Source: Octopus vulgaris
Lineage: Eukaryota
Assembly: GCA_951406725.2 (NCBI GenBank)
Contig: OX597837.1
Coordinates: 41,726,001 to 41,790,000, forward strand
Direction: 5' to 3'
DNA length: 64,000 nucleotides
This document shows, in pieces, positions 1-12,833 of this stretch (position 1 is the stretch's first letter; each line of letters starts with the position of its first letter). Position numbers and translations under genes: made by a program. A model generated the notes under the pieces. That model was not told the origin of the DNA. It ran no database searches and saw nothing but the letters and a program-made list of their open reading frames with translations.

Positions 1-377
1 GACACCTGTTCAAAGTTCCCTGTGATTGCAGGTGTGTGCTGCGGTTGGATGCCAGGTATGCTGTTAATACTTATTTCTTTATTGCCCACAGGGGGTTAAA
101 CATAGAGGGGGCAAACAAGGACAAAGGGATTAAGTTGATTGCATTGGCCCCAGTATGCTACCTCCTGCGAATAGAATAGGAGCACCAAGATAACTTGAGC
201 TGCACAAACCCAGAGCCAATTCCTTGCCTTCATTCCCAGCGAACCACCCTGTGCCCAACCTGCAGCAGAACCCTCCAGGCACACATCAACCTGACGCACT
301 GTGACCCATTTTCTCCCATGCGATGTCCTTGGTCATCGTTGACAAGAATGGTTGAGCATTTATTGTAAATAGACATA

Positions 378-597
378 AGGTGGTGTGCTGGCAGAATGGT
401 TAGAACACCGGGCGAAATGCTTAATGGTACTTCGCCTGCCACTACGTTCTGAGTTCAAATTCCGCCGAGGTCGACTTTGCCTTTCATCCTTTCGGGGTTG
501 ATTAAATAAGTACCAGTTACACACTGGGGTCGATATAATCGACTTAATCCGTTTGTCCTTTCTGTGTTTAGCCACTTGTGGGTAGTAAAGAAATAGG
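378..597 (+). mobile_element. tRNA-derived SINE, family 1
   Basis: Head gctggcagaatggttagaac...gttcaaattcc, body gccgaggtcgactttgcctttcatcctttcgggg, tail gtgggtagtaaagaaata. Related copies at about 776-985, 2523-2740, 61030-61173, 61460-61632 and 62480-62680. Confidence 0.8.
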
Positions 598-1107
598 TAC
601 TTCGTCTACTGTTACGTTCTGAGTTCAGATTCTGCCATGGTCAACTTTGTCTTTTGGAGTTGACAAATTAGGGTACCAGTCATGTACTGGGCCAGTGTGA
701 TTGACTATCCTGCTCTACTTAAATTCCATCCTTGTGACTATAGTAGAGATTATTATTATTATTATTATTATTATAAAGGCAGTGAGCTGGTAGTATTGTT
801 AGCATACTGGGCAAAATGCTTAGCGGCGTATCATTAAGTCTTTTGAGTTCAAATTCTGCTGAGGTTAGCTTTGCTTTTTATTCTTTCAGGGTCGATAAAG
901 TGAGTTCCAGTTAAGCACTGGGGTCGATGTAATTGACTGGTTCCCTCTCCCCAAAATTTAGGCTTTATGCCTAAGGTAGAAAGGATTATTACTATTACAC
1001 ACACACACACACACAAATGTCTCTGGCTATGCTTATACATAATAGAATTTTTTTTTCCAGTAAGATGTTACGGGGTGTAAGTTTATGGAAATTTAACAGC
1101 TATTTCT

Positions 1108-1500
1108 TGCAGGAGTGGCTGTGTGGTAAGTAGCTTGCTAACCAACCACATGGTTCCGGGTTCAGTCCCACTGCGTGGCATCTTGGGCAAGTGTCTTCTG
1201 CTATAGCCCCGGGCCGACCAATGCCTTGTGAGTGGATTTGGTAGACGGAAACTGAAAGAAGCCTGTCGTAAATATGTATATACATATGTATGTGTGTGTT
1301 TGTGTGTCTGTGTTTGTCCCCCTAGCATTGCTTGACAACCTATGCTGGTGTGTTTATGTCCCCCGTCACTTAGCGGTTCGGCAAAAGATGCCCGATAGAA
1401 TAATTACTGGGCTTACAAAGAATAAGTCCTGGGGTCGATTTGCTTGACTAAAGGCGGTGCTCCAGCATGGCCGCAGTTAAATGACTGAAACAAGTAAGAG
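1108..1500 (+). mobile_element. tRNA-derived SINE, family 2
   Basis: ggagtggctgtgtggtaag...ggttcagtccc A/B-box-like head, cttgggcaagtg core and internal TG microsatellite. Near-identical copies at 4153-4530 (+) and 10090-10490 (-); partial copies at 60130-60345 and 63525-63670. Confidence 0.85.
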
Positions 1501-1617
1501 AGTATATTGAGTGACCAACTAAACATTCCCTCACTGCTATTTCATGACGATTATAGTGACGGTGATGCCAATTTCAAACACTTTTCCAATTTTTTTCTTT
1601 TCTTTTTTGTTTTGCAG

Positions 1618-1691
1618 TACCAGTTCCAAATACAGTGAACATTTGATCTTTATCCTCAACCAAGCAGCGTTCAAAGACAATTCGCATGTCG
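1618..1691 (+). CDS. PRIMPOL: PrimPol internal exon (AEP motif II, SxH)
   Basis: Polypyrimidine tract and ttgcag acceptor, gtaag donor. Translates TSSKYSEHLIFILNQAAFKDNSHVG, matching the PrimPol KFSxHLIF...AFKDNxHVG segment. Earlier exons (motif I DxE) lie upstream of the window. Confidence 0.92.
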
Positions 1692-2828
1692 GTAAGTCTG
1701 CTACATAATTATAGCATCTGATTTCTAGCAAAGCGTTGGCATTCTTGGACAAAATGCTTAGCAACATTTCTTCTGATCTTATGTTCTTGATTCAAATGCT
1801 ATCAAGGTCAAATTTTCCTTTCATTTTTTCGGGGTTGATGGAATAAGAACCAGTGGAGCACGTGGGGGGGGGGGGTGTGTAATTGACTTGCCCGGTCCCC
1901 CCAAACCATTCTAGCCTCATGCCAAAGTTTGAAACTGTTATTATTATTGAGTGAGAGAGAATCGCATGCCATCAAAGTGACACTGGGGTAAAATATATGA
2001 AGCCCAGTATACCCATCATGACTACCCGGCTGATAAGGGTACACCAGGCACATGCATCACAACCATATGTGTGCAACATGGTGATCTCATATCAAGATAA
2101 ACGGTGCATGACCTTGCAGGTGGGGGCCCAGTTAGAATTTTCTTCAGGTTGAGTAGCCCATCCCGCTCAAAAGGTCCTTGAATAAGGGTTGTTTAAGGAT
2201 GTTGAAAGATCCACCCATGTTTCCAGAGGTGAATTATTCAAACCCTAAAGAATTCCTCTCAACACATGACTATGATGCTCCCCCACTACTTCTGCTCCTG
2301 ATCAGAGATGCACATATCGCCAGCCACTAAGGGACATGGTCAACTGGTTACGGTCAAACAACTGACAAGCAAATCTGTGGTATTGAGCAGAATATTTGCT
2401 GTAGCCCATCTTTTATACCAAGACAAAACAATGTACATGATAACACTTCCAATCAGTTAAGATCAGAAGCCATGAGAGCCACTATTTTGAACTGCATCAG
2501 GGCATTTATTATTATTATTATTAAGGTGGTGAGCTGGCAGAATTGTTAGCATGCCAAATGAAATGCCTAGCGATATTTCATTTGTCTTTACAGTCTCCGT
2601 TCAAATGCTGCCGAGGTTGACTTAGCCTTTCATTCGTTCGGGGTTGAAGAAATATGTACCAGTCAAATATTAGGATCAATGAAATTGACAATCGCTCCCC
2701 ACCCCCACATGTAATTCCAGGCCTTGTGTCTATAATAGAAAATTAAAGCAGCAGGCTGGCCCACCCACACATGAAAAGACATATATATACACACATGTAA
2801 ATTGGCTTTTTTCTCTCTTTAAATCCAG

Positions 2829-3197
2829 GTTCATTTGTTCAGTTCATCTGTTCTCATCTTGTAACTTGGTTACGGCAGAACGGGGCAGACTCAGATCAAA
2901 GTAAGCCCCTGTTACAAGAAGATCCTACGGTGGTTGACCCGTCTAAAACTCCTCCCTCAGCAACACCAGCAACTATAAAGGATAGTTCCTGTTCAAGACA
3001 GCAGCATCTTTCGCCACAATTACCAGCATCCACCTCATCTCCAACACGAAACATGAACTCCTCGTCTTCTGTTGTCATAAACGGCCGTGACATCTTGTGT
3101 GAGCCAGGGAAAGTTCTTTCGCAATTTTCTCTGTCAGATTTAAAAGAAACCGTGGTTTTCGACAAAGATGGAGATGAAACTGCAATCTGTGATCTTG
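2829..3197 (+). CDS. PRIMPOL: PrimPol internal exon (variable insert up to motif III Asp)
   Basis: tccag acceptor, gtaagt donor, in phase with both neighbours. Reads GSFVQFICSHLVTWLRQ...VVFDKDGDETAICDLG and overlaps ORF 2930..3217. Confidence 0.88.
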
Positions 3198-3350
3198 GTA
3201 AGTATCTGTACAGTTAGGAATAATCGTCATTCTTGCCTGCTTCCTTGTTTGTTGATGCTTTCAGGAGCAGATGTGGTTGGGTGCTTAAGAGGTTTGCTTC
3301 CTAACCATGTGAGATTGCGGCTTCTGTCTCGCATTATGGCACCTGGTTAA

Positions 3351-3570
3351 CCCATTCGTTACCAACACGGCCAAAACCGCCTCTGGCTCTGTAGTATAAA
3401 TGTCTTGTTTCCATAAGTTTTGAATTAAAATCTTCCACCAAACCTTAGTCACAATTTATGTTCCTAACAATAGCTTAATGGTAACTGTTATTTTTTCTAA
3501 ATTCTTTGTTATATTTAAAATAATGGAAAGAAACTCAGAGCATCTCAAAATGAATACAGTAACGAAAGGG
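3351..3570. mobile_element. piggyBac-type MITE
   Basis: ttaa|cccattcgttac ... gtaacgaaaggg|ttaa: terminal inverted repeats starting CCC with a TTAA target duplication. Confidence 0.75.
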
Positions 3571-3849
3571 TTAAGTAGATTTGACTAACGGACGTTGAAG
3601 AGGCACATCATAACACGCACATGGCTATGTGGTAATACGACTGCTTTCCAACCTCGTGGTTCTATGTTCAATTCCTCTGTCCCACTGCATTGCATTTTGG
3701 GCAAGTGTCTTGTGTAACCCTAGGCCAACCGGATCTCTCTATCATTTGATAACCATCACGTTGTGCCAAGTCATATCAACTACTGTCCTTCCTTTACCTA
3801 ATCAGAAAAACATTCTCCTTATGGTTTCTATGTCTTGTCTCTCCCTCAG

Positions 3850-4000
3850 GTGTCTACTCAAAGAATCGGAACTTTCGTTTATTCCTGTCCTCAAAGCTTG
3901 GCAAAAAGAATCCTTTTCTTGTGTCGGATCATAATCAATACCCTACAGATCAATCGGATCAGCAGAGTTTCTTTTATGATTCCCTAATTGCCAATGTACA
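3850..4000 (+). CDS. PRIMPOL: PrimPol internal exon (VYSKNRNFRL motif)
   Basis: ctcag acceptor, gtaagt donor. GVYSKNRNFRLFLSSKLGKKNPFLV...DSLIANV matches the conserved PrimPol D-L-G-V-Y-T-R-N-R-N-F-R-L-x-x-S-S-K segment. Confidence 0.93.
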
Positions 4001-4108
4001 GTAAGTACGTTTTTATTTTTTTATCTTTTACTTGTCATTAGACTGTGGCCATGCTGGGGCACTGCTTTGAAGAATTTTTAGTAAAATGAATTGACCCCAG
4101 TAATTTTT

Positions 4109-4152
<44 letters not shown>

Positions 4153-4154
<2 letters not shown>

Positions 4155-4530
4155 CGCAGGAGTGGCTGTGTGGTAAGTAGCTTGCTAATCAACCACATGG
4201 TTCTGGGTTCAGTCCCACTGCGTGGCATCCATGGCAAGTGTCTACTGCTATAGCCCCGGGCCGACCAATGCCTTGTGAGTGGATTTGGTAGACAGAAACT
4301 GAAAGAAGCCTGTCGTATATATTTGTGTGTCTGTGTTTGTCCCCCTAGCATTGCTTGACAACCGATGCTGGTGTGTTTACGTCCCCGTCACTTAGCGGTT
4401 TGGCAAAAAGAGACCGATAGTATAAGTACTGGGCTTACAAAGAATAAGTCCCGGGGTCGATTTGCTCGACTAAAGGCGGTGCTCCAGCATGGCCGCAGTC
4501 AGATGACTGAAACAAGTAAAAGAGGTAAAA
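4153..4530 (+). mobile_element. SINE family 2 copy
   Basis: Colinear with 1108-1500; flanked by (TA)n tracts. Confidence 0.85.
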
Positions 4531-4535
4531 AAAGA

Positions 4536-4580
<45 letters not shown>

Positions 4581-4866
4581 AATAAGAAAATGAAGGAACA
4601 GATTCCTTTCAATCATCAACTTACAGATAATAACCAATTCATATAATTTATTAACTAATTAAATAGGAACATCCAAATCCAACAGAATAAAACAATACAC
4701 ATCAATAAATAAGATAATACCATAAAAATATTACATATAAAATGGATCTTACAGCTGTTTCAGCCTGTAGATAAAGGTATCTCATTGTGCCTATATTAGT
4801 CAAATGTATTGAGGTAATATATCTCTATATATAAATATATATATATAAATAATTTTTGTATTCTAG

Positions 4867-4958
4867 ATACCATCAGGACCTGAGGATCTTAACATTTAGC
4901 ACTCCTGATGAAATAAAGTTGAAACAGAAGAGATTGTTGGCTGTACAAAAAAATGAAG
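4867..4958 (+). CDS. PRIMPOL: PrimPol internal exon
   Basis: ttctag acceptor, gtacg donor. Reads YHQDLRILTFSTPDEIKLKQKRLLAVQKNE; the LRILT motif and both splice phases fit. Confidence 0.8.
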
Positions 4959-5083
4959 GTACGAACGATTTTCTTGTTAGTATTTTAAGGCAAACGTTTG
5001 GCAGCATTTCTTTTGGCTTTGTTCCGAGTTCAAATTTCACTGAAGTTGGCTTTGCCTTTCATCCTTTTGGGGTTGATAATTTG

Positions 5084-5314
5084 TTTCTTTATTACCCACA
5101 AGAGGCTAAACACAGAGGGGACAAACAAGGACAGACAAACGGATTATGTCGATTACATCGACCCCAGTGCGTAGCTGGTACTTAATTTATCGACCCCCGA
5201 AAGGATGAAAGGTAAAGTCGACCTCGGCGGAATTTGAACTCAGAACGTAACGGCAGACGAAATACCGCTAAGCATTTCGTCCGGCGTGCTAACAATTCTG
5301 CCAGCTCGCCGCCT
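5084..5314 (-). mobile_element. Full-length SINE family 1 copy nested in an older copy
   Basis: Reverse complement of the 378-597 element; it interrupts a + strand copy at ggggttgataa. Confidence 0.8.
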
Positions 5315-5539
5315 TTAAGGGGTTGATAAAATAAAGAACTGGCCTTGTACTATGGTGGATGGAATCAATTATCCCCCTCTCCAGCAAAATTTCAGGCTTT
5401 GTGTCTATATTAGAAGGGACTATGATTAAGGTGCTGGTGCTACGTAAAAAGTACTGGCACTGGTGCCCCTCTTTCAATTTCTCTCATAAGACACCCTTAA
5501 AAGTATATAAAAGCCTGACTTTATCGTTCTTCCTTACAG

Positions 5540-5744
5540 ATAACCTCAAAGGAGACTGTTCTTCGAATCCTTCTCCATATCCTGAGATCGATGCATTTAT
5601 AAACTCCATCATTTCCGCTGAAGGCCGCAAAGGAAGAATCTTCCGATGGATGTATTTCAGCAATGAGAACCTCTTGGGCTACGACATCTGCCAGTACCGA
5701 TGGTGCGGCAACATTGGCCGTGAACACCGAAGTAACAACATCAG
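5540..5744 (+). CDS. PRIMPOL: PrimPol exon, first half of UL52-like zinc finger
   Basis: tacag acceptor, gtaag donor. Reads SPYPEIDAFI...GRIFRWMYFSNENLLGYDICQYRWCGNIGREHRSNNI, giving the first C and H ligands. Confidence 0.95.
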
Positions 5745-6255
5745 GTAAGGAAGTTGCTTTCACTTCACTTAACCTCAGTTCCAAATTAATTCCTAACATT
5801 TGTTATTATTTTTTTCTGTATCTTAGACTTTTCGTTCGTTTCACATTCAAACTGACCATATTGGGCCAAAATGATTGACCTGTCTTGTTGTTGAAACTGG
5901 ACAGATCCGGCCTCGAACAACAACCCTAATATCTTGTTCTAAAACTAAACAATCACATTATCGTAATCTCTTGAACTATAAGATAATCTTGGATTAATTT
6001 TGAAAAAATATAAACTAACATTGCATTCTGTTGAAACAGATTAATCTGAATATGAAAGGCTTAAAAGATGGAGATTAATTTTTTTTTTTTTTTTTTTTTT
6101 TTGTTAGTCTTGTGTATATTTTGAAGAATTTCAGTATTACAGAGAAGGGTTTAGATCCCTTGAAAAGGGAGTTTGAGACCTATACATACATGGGGTGGGA
6201 TGTTGCACGTTATTTATGTGTGGAAAGTAAGTTGAGACCTCTGTGTGTGTGTATG

Positions 6256-6290
<35 letters not shown>

Positions 6291-6506
6291 TAGGGAAGTC
6301 AAGCCCTATATATATAGAAGGGAGGTTGATCTCTTTCTCCTCCCCCCTTATCGTTTAATGTCTGCTTGCCATGCTGGTGTGGATTGGACGGTTTGATTGA
6401 GGACTGGCAAGGGGGTTTCAGACCTGTATAGACATACACGGGGGTGGTGAGGGTTGCTCATTATGTGTGGAAAGGAAGTTGAGACCTGTGTGTGTGTGTG
6501 TGTATC

Positions 6507-6540
<34 letters not shown>

Positions 6541-6818
6541 AGGAAGATTGATCCCTTTCTCCCCCCCTCCCCATTATCATTTAATGTCTGCTTGCTTTGC
6601 TGAACTAAAAGTTGAGGGACAGGTTAAACTACCTGACAGAAGATGAAGACATTGGAATCTTAACTGAATTTCTTGAATATATTTTGTCAAGTTTATCAAA
6701 AGGAACCAAAAACCCAAAAATATTGAAGAGAAATTGAAATGCAAATTGTAAAGAAATGGCTACATTCCCTTTTTGGTGTGTTTCTGAAGAAGAATTTCTT
6801 CCCCTTTTTCTCTTCCAG

Positions 6819-6901
6819 ACTAATAGTGGACCTGAAGCAATGTGTTTATTATCAGAAATGCCACGATCCAGATTGCAAACGGATTAATTACCGTTCTGAA
6901 G
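6819..6901 (+). CDS. PRIMPOL: PrimPol exon, second half of zinc finger
   Basis: tccag acceptor, gtatg donor. Reads LIVDLKQCVYYQKCHDPDCKRINYRSE, containing the YQKCHDPxC motif. Confidence 0.95.
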
Positions 6902-7029
6902 GTATGAGAGAGGTGATCTTTCATTTCTTCCTTTTGATTAGGGGTTTTCACCCGTTTTTCTATCTATGGACCCCTTTGATTACTATCTTATTCTGGTGGA
7001 CCCCCATAACCATTAGGGGTTTTGTAAAC

Positions 7030-7700
7030 TATAGGGATTGGCAAGAAAGTAATTTCGGTTTTCGTAAATAGAATTTTTTTTGATAACTTTTGATGTTATG
7101 GTTTTTTTCCTTCTGACATTTGATAGCCGTTACTTTTAGCTTACTTTAGAAACAAATTGCACATAGATTTTGTTTATGGCTGTTAGTTCAGTGTCAATTT
7201 TAACGAGTGCAAAAATAGACATTTTCGCCGTATTTTGCTTTTTAATTTCCGTAAAGGCAAGAAAGCTGCTGAGTCTCACGAAAAAGTTTATGGTGTTGAT
7301 TGCTTAATAGAACGCACATGTCAGAAATGGTTTTAGAATTTCTATTCGGAAGATTTTTCACCCAAAGATGACCAGCATTCTGGTTGGCCTACTAAGGTTG
7401 ATGATGACCGAATCAAAGCCATTATTTAATCTGATTGTCATGTAACTGTGCGAGAGATTGCAGAGAGGTTGAATGTATCACACACAACAATTGCAAATCA
7501 CTTAAAATGTCTTGGTCTCGTTAACAAGCTCGATATTTGGGTTCCACAAAAACTGAAAAGAGATTCCACTTAATACAATAAATCAAAATGTGTAATTGGA
7601 GCTGCTTCCAAGGAACCAACCAAACAATCAATTTAGATGTTTGCTGTCAATAACTAATGAAACTGGAAAAATGGCCAGAATTGACAAATCATAGAAGAAA
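7030..7700 (+). mobile_element. Degenerate mariner (Tc1/mariner) transposon relic in PrimPol intron
   Basis: Decayed frame HFRRILLFNFRKGKKAAE...TCQKWF...TVREIAERLNVSHTTIANHLKCLGLVNKLDIWVP (HTH plus WVPHEL-like motif). TIR-like start at about 7030. Confidence 0.8.
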
Positions 7701-8522
7701 CCCCAATTTACTATTTTGTTGCATAGACCCCCCACCACCACCACCACCAAAGTTTATATGGACCCTGGTTGAAAATCACTACTTTTGGACCTCATTTTTT
7801 TTACTGACCCCCTCCCCTTTTCCCTGTTGTAATCAATTGCTGTTTCTGTTAACCCTTCCATTACCATATTTATTTTGAGATGCTCTGTGTTTCTTTCAAT
7901 TAATTTTAAATATAACAAAGAATTTAGTAAAATAACTTAGTTATCATTAAGCTGGTGTTAGGAACATAAATTGTGACTAAGGTTGAAGCATATTCTATTA
8001 TGTCTGGGGAGAGTCATTCTCTTTTTGTGCCTTATAATATAACACACTCACTGGTAAAATTTCCACTTATTTCTTATTTTTATTTTCATTGCGTCTTGCA
8101 ACCTTTTCAATAGTCTTGACTCTTGATTCTCTACATTTCACTGTTATTAGTATTATGAATTTTATTGGTAAAATATTGTTCTGGGAATGAATTACAATTT
8201 ATAACATTGCTATACTGGGAAGTTATTGTTCTGTTTTACGAGTTCTTGCTTTACGAGCAGTCTCCAAGAATAAATAAGTTGTTCCAAAGCATTAATCTAT
8301 ACATACATATATAATCCATATGCATACAAATACATATACATATATACATACATACACATACATACATACACATACATATACATACATACATACACATACA
8401 TACATACATACACATACATACATACACACACACATACATACACATACATACACATGCATGCATACATATGCATACACATACATACACACACACATGCATA
8501 TACATACACACACACATGCATA

Positions 8523-8897
8523 TCTCTCTCTATATAAACGGCAGTTTGTCTGTGCGTGTTTCTGTGTGTCTATTTGCTTGTACCCTCACCCTGACCACGG
8601 CTTTCAACCGATTCTGATGAAACTTGACACACACATAGCCCAATATCATAATTCAAAACTAACGCAGCGAAAATTTTGAAAAGTTCCCCCAGTTCTGAAC
8701 AAAATCGATAAATTCGACATGGGGTCGAGAATCAGAAACACAAACCGCAAACTGTCTAGGGGACGCAACTCCACCTTTTTTTACTCTCAAAAAAATTTAC
8801 CATCATTTTTTTCCATTTTTTTTGGGCTATAACTCTCTAAAAATGCTTTATAGTTATTTCCCTTACAAACCTGAGCAACGCCGGGCGATACTGCTAG
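8523..8897 (+). mobile_element. Non-autonomous Helitron
   Basis: Starts TC after an A and ends CTAG before a T, with a subterminal hairpin-like cctgagcaacgccggg. It splits a CA/TA microsatellite with no TSD. Confidence 0.7.
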
Positions 8898-9406
8898 TAC
8901 ATGCATATACATACATACACATTCATGCATATACACACATACACACACATACACATACGTACACACATACGTACATACAGTACTGGTGGTCTGGCATGGT
9001 TTGTCCGGTGTTACCAATATCGGACGGGTATGTTTGATTCTTAGTACTTTCAAATCTAAATCAGAAGAAATCTCTGAGCTGATGAAGGAAATGTTGACGT
9101 TTAATCCACTGATCCAGAAACAGGCTTGTCCTCGGGTGATCTCGTATGGATGTGATCTTTCGTTGTTTTTCCCTTATACCTATGTGAGTTATTTCTGAGT
9201 ATGCATTGTCTGGGAGACTTTTTCTTGCAGTAGAAGAAATAGCCAAATTTTTGGCTGCTATTTCTAAAAAGCTTGGTGTGTGGTAAAGTAAATTATTTTA
9301 CTTTACCCTATTTTTATAAAGTAATACATACATATACATACAAATACTTATACATATATACACATGCAAATACATATACATACAAATATAATCTCTTCCT
9401 TTTAAG

Positions 9407-9672
9407 ATTATCTGTTGCCTGACAATCTACTTCCCTGGCTGAATGACACCACATTGGATGAGGACTTTGAAGACAGCCTCTTGGTTGATGCTTTGGAAAG
9501 CCAGGAAAAAATCGATGATTCCCTCTTGGTCGAAGCTGTAGAAGTGATGGAGGGGAAGCAAGAAGCGACCGACCTGTCGATGGATGCTGACGACGATGAG
9601 GAGGACCGACGTTTGTTGGTCGCTGCAGAAGAGATGGAGAAAGATTACGGTGCCTTACCCCACATGGTGTAG
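9407..9672 (+). CDS. PRIMPOL: PrimPol terminal coding exon, acidic RPA-binding-type tail
   Basis: tttaag acceptor after a pyrimidine tract; phase matches the previous exon. Reads DYLLPDNLLPWL...DEDFEDSLLVDALE...HMV-stop (ORF 9415..9672). Confidence 0.85.
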
Positions 9673-10089
9673 AATGGGGCTGAACCAAGAGAGGTAAATT
9701 GTAAGAGAGCAGCTGTTTATATATTGATGCAATGCAGGTAACATAACAGAAGGGACAAAGCTGTATATGAGCTTATTTTTTAGCCAGTTTTGTTGAAGGT
9801 TATGTCAAAATTAATATATCATCACCTGGATGAAGGGATTTTAAAATCTTATTGTGGGGGGACCCTATATCTTACTCTTGTAGGAAATGGGTTTTGTCTG
9901 AAGCATTTCCAGGTGTTGATCTTCTGTTTGGTACTCTCTGAAAGAATTTGTTGAAATATTGAGAAATATGAGTTTGAAGTTGCTGATGGTGTGTTACTAA
10001 CACTATAGTGCCCTTTTTCTTCTCTCTCTTTAGGGTGGTTGCAGTTTTTTTTTTTTTTTTTTTTTTTTGCAAGGGGTGATTAACATCTT

Positions 10090-10490
10090 CCCTTTTACTT
10101 GTTTCAGTCATGTGACTGTGGCCATGCTGGAGCACCACCTTTTAGTCGAACAAATTGACCCCCAGAACTTATTCCTTGTAAGCCTAGTACTTATTCTATC
10201 GGATCTCTTTTGCCGAACCGCTAAGTTACGGGGATGTAAACACACCAGCATCGGTTGTCAAGCGATGTTGTGGGGGGGGGACACAGACACACAAACATAC
10301 ACACACACACACACACGACGTATGTACGATGGGCTTCTTTCAGTTTCCGTCTACCAAATCCACTCGCAAGGCTTTAGTCAGCCCGAGGCTATAGCAGAAG
10401 ACACTTGCCCAAGGTGCCACGCAGTGGGACTGAACCCGGAACCATGTGGTTGGTAAGCAAGCTACTTACCACACAGCCACTCCTGCGCCT
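10090..10490 (-). mobile_element. SINE family 2 copy
   Basis: Reverse complement of 1108-1500. Confidence 0.85.
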
Positions 10491-11904
10491 GCGCTTATCT
10501 TCTGTTAGTGATCTCTACAAATTGTTCACTTAATATTTTTTTTTTAGTGAGAAGAGACCACCTCAGTGGGACTGAGTACAGCATGTGAGGGGCTCTGTAG
10601 ACATAGGGGACAGAAAGGTCTCTAAGAATCCAAGGGTACATCCTGCTGACTCTGCTGGCCTTTGTGGCTGATGTGGGTGCTCCAGCTTGGGTTGATACTC
10701 CAGTTCCAATTTAGTCTCTGTTGTTGACATCTGCTAGAAAGAAGAGGTCATGGCTGTTTTAAATACACCCTTTTTACCTGTTGAGCTGTACCAGTCATTA
10801 CAAAAGCCACATATGTTGATATTCAGGGCTCAGTTGTTCTTAATTTCACCACCCTTTCAAATACGTCAATGGTTTGCAAGGGATGCAGATTGTATGTTGA
10901 TATATACTGTAAGTCATTTATTCCCATTTGTGAAAACTGAAATCACCAGCTGGGACAGAAAAATTGTTCGGCAGAACTCAGCTTTATACACTGCATATAA
11001 ACCATCCCATAACCTTTTTTTTTTTTTTTTTTTTTTTTTTTAGTATTTGCAGAGAAAATTTTTGTGAATTTGTTTTATTTTTGTGTTTTATGCTTGTTAA
11101 AAATTTTTTTTTTCAAATTTTCCCATATTAAAAAAATTTTTTTCCCAAATTTAAGACTTGCCCCCCCAAATTAAAAAAAATTTTTCTTTTACTTTTCCCT
11201 CCCCAAATTAAAAAAAAATTTTTAGCTTTCCCAAATTCAAAACTCCCTAAACAAAAATATTTTTTTAAGATTTTTTTTTTCATTTTTCCAAATTTTAAGA
11301 ATTTATTTTTCAAATTTTCCCATATAAAAAAAAAAATTTTTTTCCCAGATTTAAAACTTGTCCCCCAAATTCAACCCCCCCCCCTAAATTAAAAAAAATT
11401 TTTAAAGATTTTTTTTCATTTTTCCAAAGAAATTTTTTTTTTTCAAATTTAACCCATATTTTCCCAAATTCAAAACTTTTCCCCCTGAATTAAATTTTTT
11501 TTTACCGTTCCCCAAATTTCCTTCCCCCCCCCCAATAAATCAAAAAAATTCCTACGTTAAACCATCTACATGGTCCCTGCTGGGTGAAACTGCCTAGCAG
11601 GTAGAAACCAAGAGGGCAGCTCTGGCCAAAAGGATTCTGAGAGTCTTCAAGGGTCAGGGCTGCAGACTCCCGTTCTTGTCTAATTTTTTTCCTTCTGTTT
11701 ATACTTTTTCCTGCAAATGTTTTTTCTTTTGCTCTTATTTTTGTTTTTCCGTTGTCTCTTCACTTTGTGAGAATTCATATAAGGGACACTCAATCCTTAT
11801 GTGTCCTTGTGCTCCGCATAGATAGCAGTTAGGTCTCCTTCCCTCGACTACAACGTTTAGCGTCATTTCATATTCTCAACCTGAAAATGTTTATAAAATC
11901 AAAT

Positions 11905-11938
<34 letters not shown>

Positions 11939-12119
11939 CAAATCAAACAATATTCCTATCGTGAAAACTTGCAAAGCACCTTGTTCTGCATAATACAACC
12001 TTGCAGAATGCACATTGGAAAGTTGTTTCTACAGCCCTTCCACTAGGAGCTTTCCTTTTTTGATGAAGGCATTCTTAACACTGCTTTTTGCGACCCTTGA
12101 TTTCTTTCTAATTTATGGG

Positions 12120-12421
12120 GATGTGGCACGTAAAAGCACCATCCGTTCGTGTCCGTTGCCAGCCTCGCCTGGCCCCCGTGCCAGTGGCACGTAAAAGCAC
12201 CATCCGTTCGTGGCCATTTGCCAGCTCTGTCTGGCACCTGTGCAGGGGGCATGTAAAAAGCACCCACTACACTCACGGAGTGGTTGGCGTTAGGAAGGGC
12301 ATCCAGCCGTAGAAACACTGCCAGATCTGACTGGGCCTGATGAAGCCTTCCGGCTTCACAGACCCCAGTTGAACCGTTCAGCCCATGCTAGCATGGAAAG
12401 CAGATGTTAAATGATGATGAT
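12120..12421 (+). mobile_element. SINE family 3 (tggcacgtaaaagcacc repeats, (TGA)n tail)
   Basis: Internal repeats of tggcacgtaaaagcacc, then ggcgttaggaagggcatccagc and a tail aaatgatgatgat. A reverse copy lies at 62826-63376. Confidence 0.65.
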
Positions 12422-12833
12422 GTGCTGAATTCAGATCGATATTCCCCTGGCAGGCTTTTGTTTTTTCCCTACGGTTTTTTTTTTTTTTTTTTTTGTTAGG
12501 AATAACCACCTCTTACTTGCATTGCTACATCTGCTAGGAACTGCAGATGGTCGCATTGCTTTCGAGCCGGTCCCAATTTGGTATATAGTCCTATAAGTCT
12601 GTCACCACTTCGAGAGAATGATTTACCACAGATATTGCAATGATAAAGTTTTTTTTTATAAATTAAAAATTAAAAATAAAAAAAATGGGTGTATTAAATT
12701 AAATTCAACCTCCGTGGTTTCAATTCCCTGTAAGAGCTAAATTATTTATTTGCTACAACTTATTTTCTTCCTATACACTTTGAAGAATGTAGATGAGAAT
12801 TTACGGATGCAAAAAGGAATCACATCAGTAAAT

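Noticed and set aside
4745-4770. Hammerhead on the minus strand in a PrimPol intron (GAAA cagctg TA)
   Set aside because: Only the 3' half is visible; no matching CTGANGA with stem I was found.
8251-8679. Overlapping ORFs rich in C/V/Y/M/H/T (also 57577-57929 and 58440-58849)
   Set aside because: Translations of CA/TA microsatellites.
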